A stretch of DNA of 64,000 nucleotides from Clostridia bacterium (GCA_017440585.1 JAFSGW010000099.1:42436-106435); one strand, 5' to 3'. Shown: positions 54,550 to 64,000, counted from the stretch's first letter. Program-made: numbers and translations. Notes: generated from the letters alone by a model not told the origin.

Positions 54550-56910
54550 ATGCAGGCTGTTATAAACATTTGTGACGAGGGAATAAGGCTGAGACCCTTA
54601 AGCTGTGTCAGAAACCCTGCCCTTGTAAGGGTGGGAAGATTAAGTGTGCTTGAGCACATGATAAGGCTTCTTTCCTGCGGGGGATGTGAAAAAATTATAA
54701 TAATTTCAAGCTACATGTCAGAGGGTGTAAGGGTGCATTTAAAGGAGGCTGACCGCTTCGGGGCAGAGCTTGTGTTTTTAAAACACCATAACGAAAAGGA
54801 GGCACTTACAGCCTGCGCGAAAAAAATAAACGGGGATTTTATTTATATCTCAGGGCCACTTTATGCCGCCTTTGATATAAAAGAGGCAATACAGCTTCAC
54901 AAAAAAAGAAATGCCTTTCTTACCCTTATTACCCCTCATGGCATCTGCGAGGGCATTGCAAGCGACAAACGGGGCAGGGTAACAAGGGTTGAGGAGGCAA
55001 GGCTCTGGAGCAGTGTTTCCGGGGACAGTGGCACGGGGGTTTACATTTTAAAGCCTTCGGCTGTCCATTTTGCCGAGGGAGGCGGATTTACCCGTAAAGC
55101 CTTAGGGGATATTGTACGCTCGGGAAGAGAGGTGTATATAAAGGCAACAAAGGGTCCCTTTGAGCCTGTCTGCGATACAGCCTCCTACATGAGAGCCTGC
55201 TTTGCCTTTCTTGAAGGCATGAAAAAAACCGCCAACGGCGGTATTGTGGTTGAAGAGGGTGCAGTTGTTGAAAAGGGTGCCCTTTTAGAGGTGCCCTGCT
55301 ATATAGGAAAAAATGCCCACATTCATAAGGGGGCAAAAATCGGTGCCTTTTCCCTCATAGGTGAGGGGAGCGTTATATCCGAGGGTGCAAGCATAAAGCG
55401 GAGCATTTTAGGAAAAGACTGCCGTGTGGGTGCAGGTGCCTCACTGAGGGGCTGTATTTTGGACGAAGAGGTGCACCTTGGCAGAAGCACCACCGTTTAC
55501 GAGCAGGCAATAGTGGGCAGGCGGTGCTCCGTTGCAGGGGAGGTTTTAATAAAATCCTTTGTGAAAATATGGCCCGAAAAGAGGGTTGAAAAGGGTGTTA
55601 TTGTTTCGGAAAACATAATGTGGGGGCAGAAAAAGCGGTCACGACTTTTTGAAGAGGGCAAAATTGAAGGCGTTGTAAATGTGGACATTACGCCTCTTTT
55701 CTGCACCCTTTTAGGCTCTGTTGCAGGCAGACTTTTCGCCTCGGGAGCTGTTGGGGTTTCAACTGACGACTCTGCCTCAGGAGCTATGCTTCGTGATGCA
55801 ATAGTGTCGGGGCTTATGGGCTCGGGGTGCACCGTTAAGGACTTTGGGGAACAGCCCCTGCCCATTACACGCCGTGCAGTGGCGTTTTACTCATTAAAGG
55901 GGGCGGTTGCCTTAAGCGTTCAGTCCGTTTCGGGTGAGGAGGTCTGTCGTGTAAGCATTATGGGAAAGCATGGCTTCGACATAGAGGATAACGTGAAGGC
56001 AAAGCTTGAGGAAATGTTTGAAAAGGGCGAGGTTGTGTACCCTGAAGCAAAAAGTGTAAAGGAATGTGAGTATGTTTTTGAATACAAGCTTTACTACCTT
56101 AAAAGCTTTGTGGACTATAAAAGGGTTAAAAGAAAGGGCTTAAGGGTGCTTTTAAGCTGTCCTGCCACCTGGGGGAGACGGCTTATTACCTCCTCACTTT
56201 CTGATTTTGAATCCACGGTAAGTATGTACGAGGGCGATGCGGATACAAGGGAGGGCAGGCTGGATTTTGCCTCTGCTGTACATGAGGGCAATTTTGACCT
56301 TGGCTTTATGCTTTCCGGAAGCTGTGAAAAGCTTTATGTGGTATATAAGGGGAGGCTGCTTGCCGATGATATGTATGAGGCACTCTGTGCTCTTATGGTT
56401 ATGAAACAGCACAAGGGTGCAAAAATATATGTGCCCTGCACCTCAACGGGTGCCATTGATAAGCTTGCGGAGAAATATAACTGCTCTGTTGTACGGACAA
56501 AAAGCACTTCCCCCGACATTATGAGGCACATGGCAGGAGATGAGGGGTACCTTACAAAGCAGTTTGTTTTCCGTTTCGATGCTGTTGGCTCGGTTATTCT
56601 GCTTATGGACTATTTAACGGGCACGGGGGAGGATTTAGGAGACCTTATTTCTCAGATACCGCCCATTGCCATGGAAAGAGCCGTGGTGGATATGCCCCAT
56701 GGAAGGCTTAACACAGTTATGGAAAAAATAAGCCGTATGCCCGAGGCGGAGGATTCTCCCGAGGGGGTTAAAATAACCTTCGACAAGGGCTGGGTCATGG
56801 TAATACCCGACAGGGAAAAAGAGGTTTTCCGCTTGTGCAGTGAGGGCGTAAGCATGGAGGCGGCAAAGGAGCTGTGTGATTTCTGCATAAGGACCATAGA
56901 CGAAAAATAA
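54550..56910 (+). CDS. Sugar-phosphate nucleotidyltransferase / LbH / phosphomannomutase-like fusion, catalytic motifs degenerate
   Basis: EGIRLRPL N-terminus, hexapeptide repeats, VKIWPEK, GVVNVDITP, EGVKI..GWVMVIPD PMM domain IV. Confidence 0.8.
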   Translation: MQAVINICDEGIRLRPLSCVRNPALVRVGRLSVLEHMIRLLSCGGCEKIIIISSYMSEGVRVHLKEADRFGAELVFLKHHNEKEALTACAKKINGDFIYISGPLYAAFDIKEAIQLHKKRNAFLTLITPHGICEGIASDKRGRVTRVEEARLWSSVSGDSGTGVYILKPSAVHFAEGGGFTRKALGDIVRSGREVYIKATKGPFEPVCDTASYMRACFAFLEGMKKTANGGIVVEEGAVVEKGALLEVPCYIGKNAHIHKGAKIGAFSLIGEGSVISEGASIKRSILGKDCRVGAGASLRGCILDEEVHLGRSTTVYEQAIVGRRCSVAGEVLIKSFVKIWPEKRVEKGVIVSENIMWGQKKRSRLFEEGKIEGVVNVDITPLFCTLLGSVAGRLFASGAVGVSTDDSASGAMLRDAIVSGLMGSGCTVKDFGEQPLPITRRAVAFYSLKGAVALSVQSVSGEEVCRVSIMGKHGFDIEDNVKAKLEEMFEKGEVVYPEAKSVKECEYVFEYKLYYLKSFVDYKRVKRKGLRVLLSCPATWGRRLITSSLSDFESTVSMYEGDADTREGRLDFASAVHEGNFDLGFMLSGSCEKLYVVYKGRLLADDMYEALCALMVMKQHKGAKIYVPCTSTGAIDKLAEKYNCSVVRTKSTSPDIMRHMAGDEGYLTKQFVFRFDAVGSVILLMDYLTGTGEDLGDLISQIPPIAMERAVVDMPHGRLNTVMEKISRMPEAEDSPEGVKITFDKGWVMVIPDREKEVFRLCSEGVSMEAAKELCDFCIRTIDEK

Positions 56911-56940
56911 AAAGAGATGAGCCTTCGCTCATCTCTTTTT
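56909..56940. terminator. Bidirectional terminator
   Basis: aaaaagagatgagc-cttc-gctcatctcttttt. Confidence 0.85.
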
Positions 56941-56944
56941 ATTT

Positions 56945-57117
56945 GCGATATGTGTGCAAGCACACGCGATATATTTGCCTTCGGCAAATGCGATATACCT
57001 GCCCAAGGGCAGGTGCGATATGATAAAATCCCACATGTCCCGCAGGACATATCGTGCACTTGTGCATATCACGTCCCGAAGGGACATATCACAAATCCCG
57101 TGAGGGATTTATATCGT
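56945..57117 (-). repeat. GCGATAT/ATATCRY hairpin-chain element, full copy 2 (inverted relative to copy 1)
   Basis: GCGATAT at 56945, 56966, 56990, 57015; ATATCGT/ATATCAC at 57049, 57066, 57086, 57111; hairpins between motifs; shares aaatccc/gggattt terminal hairpin with copy 1. Confidence 0.9.
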
Positions 57118-57128
57118 TGCAAAGAAGA

Positions 57129-58151
57129 TTACAAAAGCTCAACGAGCTTTTGTACATCTTCGCAGCTTGTTGCCCAGCTTGTGGCAAAGCGGACAACCGT
57201 GTGGTTCTCGTCGTACTTTTCCCAGTAGCTTATACAAACCTTTTCTTTAATTTTTGCCATTTTACCGTTTTCAAGTATAATAAAAATCTGGTTTGTGGGG
57301 GAGTTTATGAAAAATTCATACCCTTTTTCACGGAATGCATCCTTAAGCATCTGTGCTGTTTCAATAGCATTTTTTGAAATTTCAACATAGAGGTTGTCTG
57401 TGAAAAGAGCATCGAACTGAACGCCTAAAACCCTGCCCTTTGCAAGCATTGCACCATGCTGCTTTACAAGGGTTGAAAAATGCTTCGGGGCATTGTTTTT
57501 AGTGAACACAACAGCCTCACCGCAAAGTGCACCGCATTTTGTACCGCCTATGTAGAAAACGTCGCAAAGAGAAGCGATGTCGGGAAGGGAAAGGTCGGCT
57601 CCGGAGGCTAAAGCATAGCCAAGGCGTGCACCGTCAAGGAAAAGGGGCAATTTGTGCTTACGGCAAACTTCGGATATTTCAGTAAGCTCCTTCTTTGTAT
57701 AAAGGGTGCCGTATTCCGTGGGATGGGAAATATAGACCATGCCGGGGTAAACCATATGACTGTGGCTTTCGTCAGCATAGAAGGTTTCAACCCATTTGTC
57801 CACATCCTCTGCCTTTATTTTGCCCATGTAGTGGGGGATGGTTATAACCTTGTGACCTGTGTATTCAATGGCACCTGCCTCGTGGCATGCAACATGACCC
57901 GTTACTGCAGATATTACGCCCTCATGCCTTTCAAGCATTGTGGCAATAACCGCCTGATTTGTCTGTGTGCCGCCGGATATAAAGAAAACCTCCGCCTCGG
58001 GGCAACAGGTTGCCTCTCTTATTTTCTCCTTTGCAAGACGGCAGTATTTGTCCTCTCCATAGCCGTCAAGCTTTTCCATGTTGGTTTCAATAAGGTGCTC
58101 CAGAACACGTGGATGTGCACCCTCTGAATAGTCGTTTTTAAAATATAACAT
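57129..58151 (-). CDS. ltaE: Low-specificity L-threonine aldolase
   Basis: FKNDYSEG, GGTQTN, HEAGAIE, LDGARLG, IGGTKCG. Confidence 0.9.
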   Translation of the reverse strand: MLYFKNDYSEGAHPRVLEHLIETNMEKLDGYGEDKYCRLAKEKIREATCCPEAEVFFISGGTQTNQAVIATMLERHEGVISAVTGHVACHEAGAIEYTGHKVITIPHYMGKIKAEDVDKWVETFYADESHSHMVYPGMVYISHPTEYGTLYTKKELTEISEVCRKHKLPLFLDGARLGYALASGADLSLPDIASLCDVFYIGGTKCGALCGEAVVFTKNNAPKHFSTLVKQHGAMLAKGRVLGVQFDALFTDNLYVEISKNAIETAQMLKDAFREKGYEFFINSPTNQIFIILENGKMAKIKEKVCISYWEKYDENHTVVRFATSWATSCEDVQKLVELL

Positions 58152-58172
58152 TGTTTTCCTCCTTCTATGAGA

Positions 58173-58201
58173 ATGGGCGACCTCAGGTCGCCCGTATTTT
58201 T
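58173..58201. repeat. REP-like palindrome at the topoisomerase stop
   Basis: atgggcgacc-tca-ggtcgcccgt; same GGGCGACC/GGTCGCCC arms as the RAYT REPs. Confidence 0.7.
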
Positions 58202-60389
58202 ATTCATTGAATAATGTGAGCTGTTTCTTGCCCGAGTCCTCATCCTTTAAAAAGTAGCCTGCCGAGGGAAGGGAGCGTGCCTTGTAGCCCTTGGGGTCAC
58301 CTAAAGCCTCGCCTGCAAGAGCAATGCGGGAAAGCGTTGCCTTTCTGCGAAGTGTCATAACCTGAATACCCTGGCTTGTACGGCTTGTTTTTGTGAGCAC
58401 ATCCGTTGTGTCAAAAACTACGCACTTGCCGTTATCGGAATATGCTGCAACAAGTGTTTCTTCGGGAATGTAGAGAGCATTTGCAAGAGGGCATTTGTCC
58501 GAATAACCACCCGTGAGACGCTTACGGTTTGTTTTTGTAGCGTAGCCCTGCATGTCAATCTTTGCGATTTTACCGTTTGTGAAGGCAAAGAGCATAAAGC
58601 CCGTGTAGGTACCTGTGGGCACACAGTACACAATTTTTTCACCGTTTTCCATGCTGAGCAGGTTGGGCAGATAATCACCCATGGCACTTGCCTTTGTGTC
58701 ACGGATATCGTTAAGCCGCATTTTGTAAACATTCTGCTTGTCGGAGAAGAAGAGCATGTCCATTCTGTTGGAGGCTTCAAATTCATACGCCATTTCGTCG
58801 CCTTCCTTGAACTTGTGCTCACCGCCCGAGCGAAGGGAAACAAGCGTAATTTTCTTGAAGTAGCCTTCACGGGTCATGAACACCTTAACGTTATAGTCGG
58901 GAATTTCTTCAACAACAGTTTCTTCCTCGTCCTCTGCCAAATCGAGAAGGATTGTTTTTCTGTCTCTGCCGTACTTCTTTTCAATTTCCGTAAGCTCATC
59001 GGAAATAATTTTCTTTATACGGCGGGTGCTTTCGCTTGCCTCACGTAAATCCTTAACCTCTGCTGTGAGAGAGTCAATTTCATCTATCCTCTTCATGATA
59101 TAGTCACGGTTTAAGTTACGGAGCTTTATTTCAGCCACGTATTCCGCCTGGATGCGGTCAATGCCGAAGCCTTCCATAAGGTTGGGTACAACCATGGAGT
59201 CCTCTTCCGTATTTCTTACAATGTAAATTGCCTTGTCAATATCAAGAAGAATTTCCTTTAAACCTAAAAGCAGATGAAGCCTTGCAGCCTTCTTTTCCGC
59301 ATCAAACACAAGACGGCGGCGTGTGCAGTCCATACGGAAATTAATCCAGTGGCGTAAAATGCCTCTCACACCTAAAACCATAGGCTCACCGCCTATGAGC
59401 ACGTTGAAGTTACAGCTGAAGGAGTCCTCTAAGGGAGTTGAGCGATAAAGCTTTGCCATAAGCTTCTCCGGGTCAGTGCTTCGCTTTAATTCAATGGTAA
59501 GCTTTAAGCCGGTCTTGTCCGTTTCATCACGGACATCGTTAATTTCCTTAAGCTTGCCTGCCTTTATAAGCTCAGCCAGCTTGTCAATAATTGCCTCGGT
59601 TGAGGTGGAATAGGGTATTTCCGTTATTTCAATAAGGTTATTTTTCTTATCAAACTTATACTTTGCACGAAGCCTTACACTGCCTCTGCCTGTTTCATAT
59701 ATCTGGTTGAAGGCAGCCTCGTCACGGATAAGGAAAGCTCCCGTTGAAAAATCAGGTCCCGTAATATATTCGGAAAGGTCAGCCTTGTCGTCCTTCATAA
59801 GTGCCTTTGTTGCACGGCATACCTCGCTTAAGTTGAAGGATGCAATGTTCGATGCCATGCCTACGGCAATACCCTGGTTGGGGTTAACAAGAATGTTGGG
59901 GAAGGCTGTGGGCAGAAGGGCGGGCTCTTTCTTTGTCGCATCATAGTTGTCCACAAAGTCAACGGTGTTTTTGTCAATATCACGGAAGATTTCCGCCGAT
60001 ATGGGGGAAAGCATTGCCTCTGTGTAACGTGATGCGGCAAAAGCCATGTCACGGCTGTAATGCTTGCCGAAGTTACCCTTTGAGTCAACAAAGGGGTGCA
60101 GAAGTGCCTCATGACCCTCTGTAAGACGTACCATTGTTTCATATATTGCCTGGTCACCATGAGGGTTAAGGCGCATTGTCTGACCTACAATGTTGGCACT
60201 TTTTGTTCTGCCGCCCTTTAAAAGCCCCATATCGTACATGGTGTACAGAAGCTTCCTGTGTGAGGGCTTGAAGCCGTCAATTTCGGGAATGGCACGTGAA
60301 ACAATTACGCTCATGGCGTAGGGCATATAGTTTTCTTTAAGTGTTCTGGTTATTTGCTGTTTGCTGATTTCATTTTCCAAAATTTTCAC
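58200..60389 (-). CDS. Type IIA DNA topoisomerase subunit A (ParC-like/GyrA family)
   Basis: YAMSVIVSRAIP..DGFKPSHR, PHGD, AASRYTE catalytic Tyr, GIAVGMA; no QxRGGxG GyrA box seen; shortened CTD. Confidence 0.9.
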   Translation of the reverse strand: MKILENEISKQQITRTLKENYMPYAMSVIVSRAIPEIDGFKPSHRKLLYTMYDMGLLKGGRTKSANIVGQTMRLNPHGDQAIYETMVRLTEGHEALLHPFVDSKGNFGKHYSRDMAFAASRYTEAMLSPISAEIFRDIDKNTVDFVDNYDATKKEPALLPTAFPNILVNPNQGIAVGMASNIASFNLSEVCRATKALMKDDKADLSEYITGPDFSTGAFLIRDEAAFNQIYETGRGSVRLRAKYKFDKKNNLIEITEIPYSTSTEAIIDKLAELIKAGKLKEINDVRDETDKTGLKLTIELKRSTDPEKLMAKLYRSTPLEDSFSCNFNVLIGGEPMVLGVRGILRHWINFRMDCTRRRLVFDAEKKAARLHLLLGLKEILLDIDKAIYIVRNTEEDSMVVPNLMEGFGIDRIQAEYVAEIKLRNLNRDYIMKRIDEIDSLTAEVKDLREASESTRRIKKIISDELTEIEKKYGRDRKTILLDLAEDEEETVVEEIPDYNVKVFMTREGYFKKITLVSLRSGGEHKFKEGDEMAYEFEASNRMDMLFFSDKQNVYKMRLNDIRDTKASAMGDYLPNLLSMENGEKIVYCVPTGTYTGFMLFAFTNGKIAKIDMQGYATKTNRKRLTGGYSDKCPLANALYIPEETLVAAYSDNGKCVVFDTTDVLTKTSRTSQGIQVMTLRRKATLSRIALAGEALGDPKGYKARSLPSAGYFLKDEDSGKKQLTLFNE

Positions 60390-60579
60390 ATCCTTTTAAA
60401 CCATTTAATTATATCATAGTATAGTCAAATGGTCAAGTTTCGGGCGTGTTTCGGCAAAATTTTATTAACAAATTTTAAAAAAATTACGAAATTGTTAAAA
60501 AAGTTTTACAAAAAGGGTTTACAAACGGAAAAAATTGTGTATAATAGAGAAGGCTAATAAAAGGAAAGGTGCTGATTTT

Positions 60580-61797
60580 ATGCAGAAAAGAGCGGATGTC
60601 AACAATAAAATATCCGTGGCTGCTGTTATAAGAGAAGGTCGCAATATAATAAAAAATGTTGATAAAAAGGTTTTATCGGCAATGCTTTGTGCAATAATGC
60701 TCATTTCCACCTTCGGGTTTGTTACAAAGTATTACACGATAGGCTACGATGTATATTACGAAGATGTAAACATCGGTGTTACATCCAATAAAGAGGAAGC
60801 CATTGAAGCATATACCGATGCGGTGACAGATGTGAGAAAGTGCCGTATGGGTGAGCTTAGGGGCGACTTAAGATTTGTTATGACAATTGCTTCTGTTGAG
60901 GATATGCTCGGCAGTGACATTTACCGCGGTATTGTTGAGGCGGCAAAAGGTAAGGAGGACTGTTACAGCATTGAATGCGATGGTATAGCGGTTGCTCACC
61001 TTAAAACGAGAGACGAAGCCTACGAGGCTGTAAACAATCATATTGCAAGCTACAATAGAGAGGATGCAATGCTTTATTCCTCTTATACAATAGCGGCAAC
61101 AAAGGAAATTGTTACTGAAATTGTAACTGTAGAAGAGGCAGAGAGGAAAATTGCCGAAAGCGGTCTTTTCACCGTTGTTTACAAGGACCTTTATCAGGAG
61201 GAATACGAAATTCCCTTCAATACAACAATCATTGAGGACGAAAAGGTTCCCGAGGGTGTTGAAATGTGCACTCAGGAAGGTGTTGTCGGCAAGGGCGTAA
61301 GACGGGCAGTTATTTTATACGAAAACGGCGTTCAGAAGCAGGATGTTGAGCCCATCTCCAGCCTTGTTGAAGCTCCCGTGGACAGAATAATAGTTAAGGG
61401 TACGGGCAAAATGGCAGGTTTGGTGGAAAACACTCTTCCCTGGCCTTCAGAGGGCAGGTTCACTTCAGGCTACGGCCGTCGCTGGGGCAGAAACCACACA
61501 GGTATTGATATTGCGGCAAAGCCCGGCACACCCATATATGCTCCTGCTATGGGTACTGTTACATTTTCCGACACAAGAAGCGGTTACGGCAATTATATCA
61601 TGATTGACCACGGTAACGGCTACGTGACAACATATGCTCACATGACAACACGCTACGTAAAAGAGGGCGATGTTGTAGCAGAGGGCACACTTATAGGCAC
61701 AGTGGGCTCCACAGGCCGTGTTACAGGACCTCATCTTCACTTTGAAATACTTTGTAACGGCAGCTATGTAGACCCCATGCTTTATATTGCAGGTTGA
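60580..61797 (+). CDS. M23 peptidase with G5 domain
   Basis: N-terminal TM; QEGVVG..PVDRIIVKGT G5; HTGID, YAH, TGPHLHFE. Confidence 0.92.
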   Translation: MQKRADVNNKISVAAVIREGRNIIKNVDKKVLSAMLCAIMLISTFGFVTKYYTIGYDVYYEDVNIGVTSNKEEAIEAYTDAVTDVRKCRMGELRGDLRFVMTIASVEDMLGSDIYRGIVEAAKGKEDCYSIECDGIAVAHLKTRDEAYEAVNNHIASYNREDAMLYSSYTIAATKEIVTEIVTVEEAERKIAESGLFTVVYKDLYQEEYEIPFNTTIIEDEKVPEGVEMCTQEGVVGKGVRRAVILYENGVQKQDVEPISSLVEAPVDRIIVKGTGKMAGLVENTLPWPSEGRFTSGYGRRWGRNHTGIDIAAKPGTPIYAPAMGTVTFSDTRSGYGNYIMIDHGNGYVTTYAHMTTRYVKEGDVVAEGTLIGTVGSTGRVTGPHLHFEILCNGSYVDPMLYIAG

Positions 61798-61822
61798 CAA
61801 AAAGCCACAAAAAGGCTATAAT
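61794..61822 (+). promoter_or_regulatory. Sigma-A promoter
   Basis: TTGACA-17-TATAAT perfect consensus overlapping the M23 stop. Confidence 0.75.
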
Positions 61823-61823
61823 T

Positions 61824-61858
61824 GAGATTGCAGAGAGTTTCTGCAATCTCTTTTTTTT
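61824..61858 (+). terminator. Rho-independent terminator
   Basis: gagattgcaga...tctgcaatctc plus T tract. Confidence 0.8.
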
Positions 61859-61870
61859 GAGGTGACCAAT

Positions 61871-62269
61871 ATGGATAAATTAAAGAAATTTACAGCTCTT
61901 CCCTTATGCTGGCACATAGGTCTTTTTATTGCCTTTGCAATACTTAACCGGAAGGGTGCAGGCATGAGCCTTATTATGGTTGATTTGCTTTTGGGAATTA
62001 TTGTAACGCCCGTTTTTCTCTCGGTGCTCAGCGTAGCTCATGCAATTGTGCACGAGGGAAAGGTTTATGACTACATATACCTCTGCCTTATGGTGCTTCT
62101 TGTAACAGGCGTTTTAAGAGGCGTTCTTTACTTTGTATTTAACGGCGGTATGGCAGGGCTTACCCTTGCGGCAGGTGCTCTCGGTGTGTCTGTGGGTGTG
62201 TTCACAATATGGGCATGCATTTTTGCCTTAACTGACCGCATTATGAAAAAGAACCCTAAAAGGAAATAA
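61871..62269 (+). CDS. Hypothetical 4-TM membrane protein
   Basis: GAGGTG SD; four hydrophobic segments. Confidence 0.75.
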   Translation: MDKLKKFTALPLCWHIGLFIAFAILNRKGAGMSLIMVDLLLGIIVTPVFLSVLSVAHAIVHEGKVYDYIYLCLMVLLVTGVLRGVLYFVFNGGMAGLTLAAGALGVSVGVFTIWACIFALTDRIMKKNPKRK

Positions 62270-62272
62270 GAT

Positions 62273-62312
62273 AAAAGTGCAGTAAAAAGTTTGTTTTTAC
62301 TGCACTTTTTTT
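62273..62312 (+). terminator. Rho-independent terminator
   Basis: aaaagtgcagtaaaaa...tttttactgcactttttt. Confidence 0.85.
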
Positions 62313-62445
62313 GTTTAATTTTTGCCCTTGAAACTGAATAAAAATATTGAAAATGAAAATAAACTGTGCTATAATTTTCCTGATATAAAGACAATGGGGG
62401 GTTGTTTTTAATATTATGTATTGAAAACATTTCCCGGAGGTAGCA

Positions 62446-63372
62446 ATGATTTGTAATAATATTTTAGAAGCAATGGGAAACACTCCCATTATAAAACTTA
62501 ACAGATTAGCGGATGAAAACAGTGCCGACATCCTTGTGAAATTTGAAGGCCTGAACGTTGGCGGCTCCATTAAAACCCGTACAGCCTATAATATGATTAA
62601 AAAGGCTGAGGAAGAGGGTAAAATAACAAAGGACACTGTTATTGTCGAGCCCACAAGCGGTAACCAGGGTATTGGTCTTGCACTTGTTGGTGCCGTAAGA
62701 GGCTACAAGACAAAGATTATTATGCCAGACTCTGTCAGTGAAGAAAGAAGAAAGCTTGTTGAGCACTACGGTGCCGAGGTTATTCTCATTCATGATGCAG
62801 GCAACATCGGTGACTGTATTGAGGAATGCCTGCAGACAGCACTCCGCATGCAGGAGGAGGATACAAATGTTTTCGTGCCTCAGCAGTTTGAAAACCCTGC
62901 AAACCCCGAAATACAGAGGAATGTAACAGCACAGGAAATTCTCATGCAGGTTGACGGACCCATTCATGGCTTCTGCTCCGGCATAGGCACCGGCGGTACC
63001 ATCACGGGTATTGGTGAAGCTCTTAAAAAGGAAAACCCCGATATGGAAATATGGGCGGTTGAGCCTGAGCATGCGGCAATTTTATCAGGCGGCAGCATAG
63101 GCACACACATACAGATGGGTATTGGTGACGGGCTTATCCCTGAAATACTCAATACTAAGATATATAACGACATCTGCATTGTAAAGGATGAAGAGGCTAT
63201 CCGCACAGCAAAGGAGCTTGCAAGCAAGGAAGGCATTATGTGCGGTATTTCTTCTGGAACAAACGTTGCAGCGGCAATTAAAATGGCTAAAAAGCTGGGA
63301 CGGGGAAAAACAGTTGTAACTGTATTGCCCGACACGGCAGAGAGATATTTCTCTACACCTTTGTTTGAATAA
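62446..63372 (+). CDS. cysK: Cysteine synthase (O-acetylserine sulfhydrylase)
   Basis: GNTP, GGSIK PLP Lys, [33 protein letters not shown]. Confidence 0.9.
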   Translation: MICNNILEAMGNTPIIKLNRLADENSADILVKFEGLNVGGSIKTRTAYNMIKKAEEEGKITKDTVIVEPTSGNQGIGLALVGAVRGYKTKIIMPDSVSEERRKLVEHYGAEVILIHDAGNIGDCIEECLQTALRMQEEDTNVFVPQQFENPANPEIQRNVTAQEILMQVDGPIHGFCSGIGTGGTITGIGEALKKENPDMEIWAVEPEHAAILSGGSIGTHIQMGIGDGLIPEILNTKIYNDICIVKDEEAIRTAKELASKEGIMCGISSGTNVAAAIKMAKKLGRGKTVVTVLPDTAERYFSTPLFE

Positions 63373-63424
63373 CACCCATTTTTTGAGTGTATTTAATAAA
63401 TATCACAATTGGGAGGAAACGATT

Positions 63425-64000
63425 ATGGATTGGAATAGTAATGTAAGACCCGAAACAATGGAAAGAATCACAACAAAAGAACAGGCAGAACGCTATATTG
63501 ACGAGCTTGTTGAGTTTACGCGCAACCAGGTGGGTGACAAGAAGGTGCTTCTTGCTCTCTCCGGCGGTGTTGACTCTTCCGTAGTAGCTGCACTTTTAAT
63601 TAAGGCTATAGGCAAACAGCTTGTTTGTGTGCACGTAAATCACGGTCTTATGCGTAAGGGCGAAAGTGAAAACGTTATTGAAGTTTTCCGCAATCAGCTG
63701 GATGCAAACCTCATTTATATTGATGCAACAGATCGTTTCCTTGATAAGCTCAAGGGCGTTGCCGAACCCGAAAAGAAGAGAAAAATTATAGGCGGAGAAT
63801 TTATCGAAGTATTCAACGAGGAAGCTTTGAAGCTTGAGGGCATCAAATTCCTTGCACAGGGCACAATTTACCCCGACATTTTAGAGTCTGACGGCGTTAA
63901 GGCTCACCACAACGTTGGCGGTCTTCCCGAAGAAATGGACCTTCAGCTTGTTGAACCCGTAAAGCTCCTTTTCAAGGACGAGGTACGTGTTGTGGGCAGT
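63425..64000 (+). CDS. guaA: GMP synthase ATP-pyrophosphatase subunit lacking N-terminal glutaminase domain (runs off window)
   Basis: GGGAGG SD then [12 protein letters not shown]...[49 protein letters not shown]. Confidence 0.88.
   Translation, partial: MDWNSNVRPETMERITTKEQAERYIDELVEFTRNQVGDKKVLLALSGGVDSSVVAALLIKAIGKQLVCVHVNHGLMRKGESENVIEVFRNQLDANLIYIDATDRFLDKLKGVAEPEKKRKIIGGEFIEVFNEEALKLEGIKFLAQGTIYPDILESDGVKAHHNVGGLPEEMDLQLVEPVKLLFKDEVRVVGS

Noticed and set aside
56917-57228. 103-aa ORF with CD/RD repeats
   Set aside because: Translation artefact of the GCGATAT element and terminator
60460-60525. WalR-like TGTWAH boxes upstream of the M23 peptidase
   Set aside because: Spacing is 7 rather than 5 and the AT-rich context makes chance matches likely

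Overview
Chromosomal window from a low-GC, probably spore-forming and pectin-using Clostridia-class bacterium (inferred from gene content and sigma-A/SD signals). Core genes include metA, coaX, a kdu/kdgK uronate cluster, rpsO-pnp-M16, hydG, pyrH-frr-uppS-cdsA-dxr-rseP-nusB-xseAB-ispA-prfA-hprK-glk-murB-rapZ-whiA-dnaE, rlmH, murA, a topoisomerase A subunit, cysK and a GATase-less guaA. I found no rRNA, tRNA, CRISPR array or integrase. The unusual content is intergenic: (1) a three-copy structured element of GCGATAT/ATATCGC heptamers separated by covarying hairpins, which could fold into stacked four-way junctions; (2) two AAA_14-DUF4143 ATPase genes and a 4.6-kb membrane-protein block, each bounded by direct repeats like integrase-free cassettes; (3) a RAYT HUH transposase with GTAG-REP palindromes both flanking and inside its ORF; (4) a heptamer-tract plus hairpin family; (5) a two-copy structured leader upstream of frr and a LysM gene. 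Two probable pseudoenzymes (GH106-like, ManC-ManB-like) are also present. Family calls come from motif recognition by eye, not database searches.
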